From a virus: a stretch of DNA of 64,000 nucleotides. Shown in pieces: positions 55,163 through 64,000 of this stretch. The DNA lies in the IMG/VR virus record IMGVR_UViG_3300046648_000141, positions 3,914-67,913 of that record; one strand, 5' to 3'. The notes under the pieces were generated by a model, which worked only from the letters and a program-made list of their open reading frames with translations, had not been told where the DNA came from and made no database searches. Positions within the stretch are counted from its first letter, which is position 1, and every line of letters starts with the position of its first letter. A program made the position numbers and the translations under genes.

Positions 55163-56765
55163 ACGAAGTTGGTTTTGCTACACCCATCAGGATGATCACC
55201 GAACGCGGCCCGTCGCATGCTCGCCTCACTCAAACGCTCCGGGACGTCCGGACGGTGGAACGGCAGCTTGGCGAACTGGCCCTGGCTCTGACCGGCTCCC
55301 GGCCGGAAGGCGTCGCGGCAGTAACCACGGAAACGCCCCAGGGCTTGTTCCCCCGCCTGGAAGGAACCATCCGTGAGATCGAGTCCGAGATCGCCGCCAT
55401 GCGTGCCGTTCTCGAACACATCAAGCGGCAAATCTGATGATCGGAAAAGACCCGCGCCCGTTCGATCGATGGCAAGCCATCATCCAGCGTGGCGCGGTCA
55501 TTCTGGCCTTCGCGTTCGTTCTCGCGATCATGATTGGGCTGTGATGAAATTCGAAAACCAGGAAAGGGATTACCATGCACACGAAAGACATCCTGGCCGC
55601 CGAGCTGGAAGCGGTCGGCCTGACCGAGATGGCGGAGAACGCCCGGAAGGGCCTCTATCACGACTTCCTGTCGCCGCTTGAATTTCCGGAGCTACGGCTC
55701 GACGCGGAGCTGGCGGCAGCGATCAAGGAAGGCAACGTCGGCGCCATCGGCATCCGCCGCCGGCACCACAACGGCGACTATGACGCCTCTGTGGAGGAAA
55801 GCGAGGAATGGGCAAAGAGCCCCGAAGGCCGGGCCGCCTTTGCCATGATTGCCAGGAGGCCAAACTCATGACCCACGCCTGGAAAGAACACCATCCGGAA
55901 AGCGAAGTCTTCAGCGTTTCATGGATCATCGACGCACCCTGGGCGCACCCATTGTGGTCGCAATATCTGGTCCTCCTCTATGACCTGACCACACCACATG
56001 AGGGCGAGCCGCCGAAGTTATACCTCAAGGATGTGACCCACGAATTTCTGGTCTACGCGCTGGACCCGGCGCACAAGGTCCCGAGGAACACGCCGCCATC
56101 AAAGGCCAAGCTCGCCATGCTGCAACCGCCGAACTATGGGTATCAGTTCGCGGCGGCCTCGAATGAGGAGGCAGAGGAGCGCATCCAGGAGCTGGTCAAC
56201 GGCATCGTCGGCGAAAAGATCAGCCCGGACACCGACTTTCGGTCACTGTGGAACAAGCTCCTGCCGGACATGTATCCGCTCGTTCACTCCGGGCTGATCC
56301 TATGAGCGGCGAGCTTCCTATCCTCTGGCGACGGCCGCCAGATCACACGGTCGCGGTGTTTTACGAGTCCGGACCGCCCGGCCGCTTCCGCGTTGCCGTC
56401 TGGCACAAGTCGGGACTGACGGCGACCGTCTGGTTCCGTGCCAACCACGAGCCGACATGGGGCGTGGACAGTGAAGACATGGATATCATCGAGGACCATG
56501 TGACGACGATCCTTCATGACCTCGATCTCGCCGCCGGAGACCTGCAACAATGACGACGACGCTGAAAGTGAGCCTGTTCACATGCGCCCTCTGCGGAGAG
56601 ACTTTCCGCGAGACCTCGACCCCGGAGCAAACGCGCGCTGAATATGAAAACACCTGGGGGCGGCCCTGGAAGTCCGAGGAGACCGACTCGCTTTGCGATG
56701 ACTGCTATGGGTTCGCCCTCACCCGGCTTGTGCAGCTCGGGCAGAACCCCGGCGGCCGGGCATGA
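55159..56765 (+). other. five small hypothetical genes (55159-55437, 55575-55871, 55868-56305, 56302-56553, 56550-56765)
   Basis: mostly ATGA-coupled ORFs; last has two CxxC. Confidence 0.6.
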
Positions 56766-56769
56766 CGCC

Positions 56770-57171
56770 ATGCCGCGCGCTGTTCCGGAATGGATAGGCA
56801 AACATCCTGACCAGAAGGTCCCTCCTCGGGTCAGGCTTCGCGTCCTGGAGCGGTTTGACCGTACCTGCTACCTATCTAGCCGGCCGATCAGAGACGGCGA
56901 TCCTTGGGAGCTTGAGCACATCAAGCCACTGATCCTCGGCGGGGAGCATCGCGAAAGCAACATGGCGCCGGCATTGGTGGAGCCGCACAAGGCCAAGACG
57001 GCGATTGAAAAGAAGATCAAATCGAAGATCGCCAGGACGGCGAAGCGCGCCGCCGGCATCAAGAAAAAATCCAGCCTATCGCACCCGTATCTGAAGCGCC
57101 GCATGGACGGCACGGTCATCGACAAGCGGACAGGCAAGATCGTGGGCGGGAAAGATGGTGGCCGAGCCTGA
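56770..57171 (+). CDS. HNH endonuclease
   Basis: C....I....W..EH..PL.LGG...ESN..P....H..KT. Confidence 0.8.
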   Translation: MPRAVPEWIGKHPDQKVPPRVRLRVLERFDRTCYLSSRPIRDGDPWELEHIKPLILGGEHRESNMAPALVEPHKAKTAIEKKIKSKIARTAKRAAGIKKKSSLSHPYLKRRMDGTVIDKRTGKIVGGKDGGRA

Positions 57172-57362
57172 CAGGCACCGGGGGACGGGATGTCAGGCTC
57201 GGCCTTTCCAGGCGCACCATAGTCGGCCCTCACCGGAGGTGCCAAGGGTGGCGGGCTACGTGGGATTTCCCCCGCCGTTTAACCGACTGACGTGACGTTC
57301 TTTCGCAGGTTTTCATCACGCTCGGCTGCGATCCGCCGCCCGGAAACTCATTTGAAAAGGAC

Positions 57363-57404
57363 GGGCAGCGCCATAGGACCGGGGGGCTTTTGATGGCGCT
57401 GCCC
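57363..57404. terminator. hairpin between convergent operons
   Basis: GGGCAGCGCCAT...ATGGCGCTGCCC 12-bp stem. Confidence 0.5.
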
Positions 57405-57443
57405 TATTCCGTTGCTGCTTGAGGGTTCGCAACGGAAATTTCA

Positions 57444-58545
57444 TCAAAGTATCTTCATCGCTTCCGCGACCTCAAGCATGGTAGGCATCTCTATCGCCTT
57501 CACCTTGCACCATTGTTCACGTTCGAGGATGTCATCCCAGATGCGCGGACCCATGCGCTCCGGCAATTCGTTGTGGATAAGCACGATATCAAAGCCCGTG
57601 CTTCCGATAGTCTTCACAAAGGTTGCGACCCGGAGCCCGGCCCACGGCTCATCGGCCGGGGAATAGATAAACCACAGCTCCCGCTCACTTTCACCGATCG
57701 TCGTCATTCATCCCCCCAACGCTATCAGCCGTTCAACGATCAACATGTTGACGATCGCCATTACCAGAAGCAGGAACACCAGAAGCGAAGTCAGCCGTTC
57801 CAGCGCCCGCACCCGGAGCCGCAACATGCCGACGCAATCGACCATGTGCCCAACGCTCGTAATGATGCGGGTCATGTGTTGCGGGTCCGCCTCGGACTGA
57901 TCGGCCCTCTGCAATTGGCTCATGTCAGAAAGCCCTCCTTGACGGTCCTGGCGGCGTCAGCCTCGGTTTTCAGGATGCGGCTAACCGTCGCCCGGTGCCC
58001 GGCCTCGGCGTCATCCCATGAGGAGTAGCGGAAACAGTCGAACGACTCATGAACCTCCATCGTCCAGCCGAACACAGTGCTTGGATGGGAATCCCGCGCG
58101 AAAACCATTGTCTCAAACAGGATCGGCGGACCCTTGCGGGAGAAGCTGTGATCGAGGCCCATGAAGATGGTGCTGATAATGTGCAACTCGGTCTCGGTTT
58201 TCGCCACGTCCCGGTCAGCGGTTTCAAACCATGTGGCCCATTCCATCAGATCGGGCACCTCGGCGATCATTCGATTCGGCAGGAGGATGTAGTGTTTCAT
58301 TTGGGTTGGGCCGCTTCTCGGGCCTCATCTATAGCGTGCAGATATTTCTGCGCCGCCGGCAGGGCTTGAACGAATGGCAGTGATTCGAGAACTCGCGCGA
58401 CGGTATCGATTGAGTTGCGCCGGTCGCGCAGATCGGCGTTCCGGGAATAGCACTCCATCACCAATCCACAGGTAACGCCGGCCAACAGCGCAAGCTGCGA
58501 TTCGAGCGCATTGATCCGCTCGGCGGCTTCCTCGTTCTCTGCCAT
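57444..58545 (-). other. four small hypothetical genes (57444-57707, 57708-57923, 57920-58300, 58297-58545)
   Basis: coupled ORFs; 57920-58300 has ISTIF.GLDH..P.LFETMVF..RY.SW.DA..GH. Confidence 0.6.
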
Positions 58546-58724
58546 TATGCTGCCTCCTTTTGCTTGCCGGCCAGGGCTTCCAGGGCAAGCGCGATGTGCA
58601 GCGGCGCCCCTTGCGTGGCGTAGCGCTGTGACGTGCGGTAGCCAATTCCAAGCGCCTTCGCCGCCTGCCGGTGGGTCAGGTTGAGGGCGCTGAGTGCGAT
58701 TTTGTATTGTGCTGCGGTCATCAT
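58545..58724 (-). CDS. small XRE-like HTH protein (59 aa, not in ORF track)
   Basis: Hand translation MMTAAQYKIALSALNLTHRQAAKALGIGYRTSQRYATQGAPLHIALALEALAGKQKEAA; TAATG-coupled to next gene. Confidence 0.75.
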   Translation of the reverse strand: MMTAAQYKIALSALNLTHRQAAKALGIGYRTSQRYATQGAPLHIALALEALAGKQKEAA

Positions 58725-58881
58725 GGGTTAACAACTTAAACGCCATATTGGCGATATACAATATTGACACGTGAGAAAAAAACGCAACTATTGATGGACG
58801 CCAACATGGCGGTAAATGCAACTGGCTCTGCAACCGTGGGGCCGCTTACTCCCAAAAAATAAAGGGTGGAGGAATAGCAAA

Positions 58882-59160
58882 ATGCAGGTGGTTTCGTTTG
58901 AATCAGCACGGCGTTTCAAGGCTGCTCAACAGCGGGCAGGCATACAGGAATACAGTTTTCGCGATGAATACGAGCTATGCGCCTTTGTCGCGGGCGAAAT
59001 CCGATCTTCAAAAATCAAATATACGAAACTGGCCGATAAGTCCGGCGTCTGCGCTTCGACAATCTCAAACCTTGCGCACGACATCACCAAGTCGCCGCGC
59101 GCCGCAACCCTCCTCAAAATCTTGAAAGCCCTCGGCTTCGAAATCTTCGTCAGAGGCTGA
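58882..59160 (+). CDS. XRE-family HTH protein
   Basis: LADKSGVCASTISNL....SPRAATLLKILKALG. Confidence 0.82.
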   Translation: MQVVSFESARRFKAAQQRAGIQEYSFRDEYELCAFVAGEIRSSKIKYTKLADKSGVCASTISNLAHDITKSPRAATLLKILKALGFEIFVRG

Positions 59161-59165
59161 AGCCG

Positions 59166-59675
59166 ATGGATATCACCGAAAAAATACTGGAGCAGATCGC
59201 GCACCATCGCGCGGAAATCCTCCGGCTCGAATCGGCGCTCGACGTCATTGCCCAGGTGAGCGGCAAGCCGATCAAGAAGGATGCGCCGCTGATCACTATC
59301 CGGAGAACGGTGCCGGCCGTGTCCGACGACCAGCCGCCGGTGCAGATGAAACCGAAACGGGCTTCACCGAAGCCGGGGACGATGAAGAAGCGCTCCATGC
59401 AACTTGCTGACAATCGGCGTGCGAGAATAACGCTCCTCACCGCATTGAAAGCCAGCGGCCCGGCCCTGTCGCGTGACTTGGCTGTAACTATCGGATTCAA
59501 GGCGGGCGAGGATATTCAGCCCGTCTATCAGCGGCTCTACGAACTCAAGCGCGACGGCTTGGCGGAGAAGGGCGATGACAGCCGTTACAGCGTAACCACC
59601 GCCGGACTGGCAGCGCTGGCAGATGTGGTGCAGGAGGCGGACGGCGACGCCGGAGCTTCCGAACAAGCGGCTTGA
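59166..59675 (+). CDS. winged-helix-like protein
   Basis: LL.ALK.SGP..SRDLA..RL.ELK..GL......Y.VT.AG. Confidence 0.6.
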   Translation: MDITEKILEQIAHHRAEILRLESALDVIAQVSGKPIKKDAPLITIRRTVPAVSDDQPPVQMKPKRASPKPGTMKKRSMQLADNRRARITLLTALKASGPALSRDLAVTIGFKAGEDIQPVYQRLYELKRDGLAEKGDDSRYSVTTAGLAALADVVQEADGDAGASEQAA

Positions 59676-59935
59676 GCAACCAGAGCCGCGCACCATAGGC
59701 GATGGCGGGGAGCCCCCGCCGCAAGCGCCCGCCATCGCCAATCGACGGTTTTTGAAAATGCGACAATGTCCTGTGGTTTTTGAAGATTGTGATGACCCCG
59801 GCTGTCCAGGTCCGTTCCGCTGCGTGCTAACAGACCCCGAGAAATTGCTGCGCTGGATTCGGCGCAACCCGAAACATCCATTAGCCGGCAAGGTCCTGAT
59901 GGAAGCGTTTGACCCCTGCATCTGAGGTATTCACC

Positions 59936-60463
59936 GTGAAACGAACCTGTGGCGAATGCACACTCTGTTGCAAGCTCCTGCCCGTCCGGGAGCTGGACAA
60001 GCTCGCCGGCATGCGTTGCCCGCATCAGCGCCACGGGAAGGGCTGCGGCATCTATGGCCGGCATCCGCCGAGCTGCCGCGTGTGGTCTTGCGTGTGGCTT
60101 GTCGATGATGACGCCGGAGATTTGCGCCGGCCTGATCGGGCACATTACGTCATCGATATCATGCCGGACTTCGTGACCGCGACCTTTGAAGATGAACCGG
60201 ATCAGCGCCTGCCGGTGCTGCAAATCTGGATTGATCCGCAGCACCCGGACGCGCATCGCGACCCGGCCTTGCGGGACTACATCGCCAAGCGATGCGAGCA
60301 GGAAGGCGGCATGGCGGCGCTGATCCGGTATGATAGCTCAAGAGCCTTCGTGCTCTTTCCGCCGGCTATATCGTCGGACGGCGAGTGGCATGAGGTCCAC
60401 ACCGGCGTTGCCGATCGTGAGCACACCGCCGCTGAGATCAGTGCGGCTTTGACAGGAGCATAA
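59936..60463 (+). CDS. YkgJ-like Cys-cluster protein
   Basis: CGECTLCC..C.H....C.IY..P..C....C.WL. Confidence 0.7.
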   Translation: MKRTCGECTLCCKLLPVRELDKLAGMRCPHQRHGKGCGIYGRHPPSCRVWSCVWLVDDDAGDLRRPDRAHYVIDIMPDFVTATFEDEPDQRLPVLQIWIDPQHPDAHRDPALRDYIAKRCEQEGGMAALIRYDSSRAFVLFPPAISSDGEWHEVHTGVADREHTAAEISAALTGA

Positions 60464-63400
60464 ATGAAAACCCGAATTTTGATCATGCTTCCGGGCGAGC
60501 CGGCGGAGACGCGCGAGGTCGAGCTGCCGGGCGATGGCAAGACCCATCACAAGGATTCCTATGCGGCCCTGAAAGCGATCATCGAGCCGATCACCGGCTA
60601 TCCACTTGAGCACGTGACCGTGCTGGCCGATTTTGCCGGCGGCAAGAATTTCCGGCGCTCCGACATGTTCGTCAATGAATTGGGGCATGTCGTCAAGCCG
60701 CCGCTCCCGCGCAATGAAGAGGCCACGGCGATCTATCGCCGAAACGCCCTCTTGCATCAGGGCTACACCGATCCGGAGGAGCTGCCGTGGATAGCCGGGC
60801 CGGCTGTCCTCTTTGAACATATCGTCTGGCGCTGACAGGAGGTCGCTTTGCAACCGCGTGTTTTCAAACAGGAGTTTTTGCCGGGTCTGACCCGCGCCGA
60901 TCTTCACGAAATGATGGTCGCCTACGGGATGCTGGAATTTGAGCGGCGCGGCGCGGCGCCGTTTATGTGGATCATCAAAAACGGTCCTCACGTTTATTGG
61001 ATCGAGACGCCGTGGGAAAATGACGCTGAGAAACACGTGTCAACGACCCTTATGCGACGTCTCATGCAGAAGATGGAAGCCGAGGCGTATTCCTTCATGA
61101 GCGAGGCATGGGCGGCTGTCGAAACGCGCAAGACCGATAGCGAGCCGGACCCGAGTGACTTCACGCCGCCGAGCCAACGGCCGAAGAATGAGCGCGATGA
61201 CATTCTGATGATTTACAGCTTCGACAAGGACGGCGGTTTCAACGCTACGCGCTTTCTGGTGACGATTCGCGACAATGGGCGGAATTTCCTTGGACCGCGC
61301 GATGACAATTCCTTCACCGGCGCCATTCCAAGCGGCAACATGTGGAACCTGTTGGCGAAGGAGGAGTGATGCGAGTTGAAGCGCCGTTCACCGATGAGCA
61401 GGTCAAGCACCTGAACGACTGGCAGGCGCGCGGAGACGTTCACCCGTTTACCTGTCCCGGCGATCGGCCGGAGTGCGCGGAGGGCCGTGAGCTGTTCGCG
61501 ACGCGCGACGGCTGGGTTTGCCGGTGCGCCGAATACTGCCAGTTCTGGGCGCATGATTTCATGGCGGGAGGTCAGTGATGGAGGCGGGCACCGAACTGTT
61601 CCTGGGCGACGTCGTGCAGCTCAACCCGGAGACATGCCGCAATCAGATGTTCGCGGCCTGCATGATGACGATCACCGAACCGAAGACCTTCGGCGCGCAA
61701 GGCTATGTCCAGTGCACCGGGCGCGACGGCATGCCGGGCGGTCAAGCCTTCTATCGGGCGAACTGGGAGGAAATGGATTTTGTCGGCCGCGCGCCGTTCA
61801 TCGTGAAGCGAAGGGATTAGCGGACATGACGCCGGGGAACGATCAGCCTGATTTTATCTATTTCGAATGCGAGGCATGCGGCTTCGACAGCGTGCAGCGG
61901 GTCGATTTCACCGGCTCTGATGCCTGCCCGTTATGCGACGGGGATAACAACCGATATTCCAAGATGAAGCAGCGGATTGCGCGCGATACCGACCGGCCGG
62001 AAGGGCGAGACGCGCGCACCGAGGGGAGCGGACGATGAGGCCGGGCGAGGGCGTGACAGAGTTCAAATCCGTCTGTCCGTTCTGCGGCGTCGAACATGAA
62101 CTGGCTAGCAGCGTCGTGGGGCCGGACGAAGAGCCGGCTTTGCCCGGAGACGGACACGTGACGTTATGCGTCAGGTGCGGCGAGTGGGCGATGTATGCGT
62201 CCGATGCGCCCGGCGGCCTCCGGAAACCGAACGACGAAGAATATTCACTTTTGGCAGATGATCCGCGTGTCCGCGCAATTCGCGGAGCCTGGGCGGACAC
62301 GATCGGGAAAGCGAAAGAGAAGGAAGTGGAGGGCAAGTAATGGCTGATTTCGACGTCGAATGGATCGACGGCGGCCGGCCGCCGCAAGTCGCGCCAAACC
62401 CGGCTTTCCCGAACGGCAAGATCATCTATGCGCCCGGTTCGGCACAAGAGCCGACGTGCCGCCTCGACCTGCCTTATCCGCCGCCTCATGAGAATATCGG
62501 CCAATGGCACGTCAAATGCCGGGATTGCGGGGTTACGATGGTGATCACCGCCGCATCGCGCCCGGATGATGCCAAAACAGTCTATGTCGGATGCAAGAGG
62601 AAACAGTAATGGCCGCCCCGGAACTGAAAAAGTCGGAAAAACTTGCCTTCCAGAAGGTCGAAGATCGATGACAGTGAAAGCCGCCGGCCTGGATATCTGG
62701 ACGATTTGCGAACGTCCGAGCGACTTCCCCGATTGCTTCACCGCTCGTTGTCATAGCGTGACCTCGAAAGGCTCGGAGCCGACCGGCCACCTGTTGGTGG
62801 CAGAAGACATCGACACCTTGCGCAAAGAGATGATCCGGCGCGGCCTGACCTGCATCAGCCGGGAGCCGGGAGATGATCCGGTCATTGTGGAAAGCTGGCT
62901 GTAAAAAAGGGGGGAACACCCAATGGGAACAGGAATCCTGAGTATCGATCAAGTATGGATGGCGGTCGGGGTTGATGCGGACGGAACGGAAGGCATTTGC
63001 GCCGCCTACATGAACGGCCAATGGTTACCACTGCTCGCCGCCGACGAAGCCCGGCTCCCCTGGATCATCGAAATGGCGCGGCAGATCGCCCGCGATCGGC
63101 AGCAACTTGTCCGGATCATCAAATTGCACGGTCGGGAGGAGTGTGAACGTATCGACGGACGCCAGTGATGAATGACGAGGCCGACGTTCATAAGCGTTAT
63201 TTGCAGGTTGACGGCGAGATCACCTGTCCGCACTGCGAAGAGACCTTTGAGGATTGGGACGTGATCTATGATCCGCTGCATTCACTGACCCTCGATAGCG
63301 AAGGCTACTGCCGCGACGTTGCCGGGCACGTCCACAAGGATTGCCCTGGTTGCGGCAAGATAATGGTTTTTGGCTGCGATCCGCCGGGCTCATACCCCTA

Positions 63401-63783
63401 CATTGCTAGGGGGCGATCTGAGGCCGACGTCCGCTACCTCGAAAGGAAAGAGGCCGATGACTGATCCGATTACCTCGCTTCTGGAAACCGACCGACGCTT
63501 CCGGGAGCGTCTTCACATCGATACCGGCGACACGAACCAAGCGGCATTGAAGCGCGTGATCAAACATCTGCGCATCCGGGCAGAGACCGCCGAGGCGGAG
63601 CTTGCCAGCCTCAAGGCGGCGATGGGGAAGCCGGTGGCATGGATACCGGCCCAGCGCTGGAACCGGAGAGAGGGTGCGGGACCGTGGCTGACTAATATCG
63701 TGTACTCCGAGGATCAATCGACGTTCTTCCGGTGCATCCCGCTCTATGCGATCGAAAAGGGGGGCAATCATGAGCCAAACTGA
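60464..63783 (+). other. run of small hypothetical accessory genes (60464-60835, 60848-61369, 61369-61578, 61578-61820, 61826-62038, 62035-62340, 62340-62609, 62668-62904, 62923-63168, 63168-63464, 63457-63783)
   Basis: head-to-tail coupled ORFs, many with CxxC motifs. Confidence 0.65.
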
Positions 63784-64000
63784 AGATGACAAAGTCCGGC
63801 CGATCGGCGTCCAGTTCAAGCCGCCGCCGTCCGATGACCGAACCTTGACGATCGTCCGCGATTCCGGCTGTGATCACAAGCTGACTTGGGTCGGCGGCAA
63901 GGTTGTCCGGGCGAACTATCTGATCCGTGAAGGCGAGACTGAGGTCGAATGCGGCCTATGCGGCAAGCACCTGGACCCCATGTTTGTGCTCCTGAACCTC
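63770..64000 (+). CDS. hypothetical protein, truncated by window end
   Basis: MSQTEDDK..CDH..ECGLCG..LDP, open to the edge. Confidence 0.5.
   Translation, partial: MSQTEDDKVRPIGVQFKPPPSDDRTLTIVRDSGCDHKLTWVGGKVVRANYLIREGETEVECGLCGKHLDPMFVLLNL

Larger units (their letters stand above)
1..64000. mobile_element. Temperate siphophage genome (excised/virion form), probable Rhizobiales host
   Basis: Packaging, head, tail, lysis, integration, immunity and replication modules present; attP internal; no host housekeeping genes. Confidence 0.93.

Overview
The whole window is a temperate HK97-fold siphophage genome of about 64 kb or more, with no host DNA. A GcrA homologue, GTA-type tail genes and CTTGCN-N17-CTA promoters suggest a Rhizobiales/alphaproteobacterial host. 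An intact attP (tRNA-3'-end-like core between arm repeats, phage genes on both sides) indicates the excised form. Gene order: HNH and putative cos (2.0-2.9 kb); ParB-N/MTase/PAPS-reductase operon (3.0-6.8 kb); antisense small-gene cluster (6.8-9.5 kb); terS/terL, protease-capsid fusion, portal; a glycosyltransferase/methyltransferase cassette inside the head-tail genes; tail; lysis; attP-int-xis; leftward early operon with RecT; cI/cro; GcrA, MTase, RuvC, replication gene; many small accessory genes. Two things stand out. (1) A lone Cas7/RAMP-like gene (44289-44897) lies among four non-coding tracts of strictly 5-nt-periodic GGY-NN repeats, two of them cut into units by a conserved AT-rich separator: a candidate non-CRISPR RNA-guided system. 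(2) A stand-alone ethylene-receptor-type Cu-binding membrane domain (36203-36577) follows the lysis genes. All family assignments are by eye from motifs; no database searches were run.
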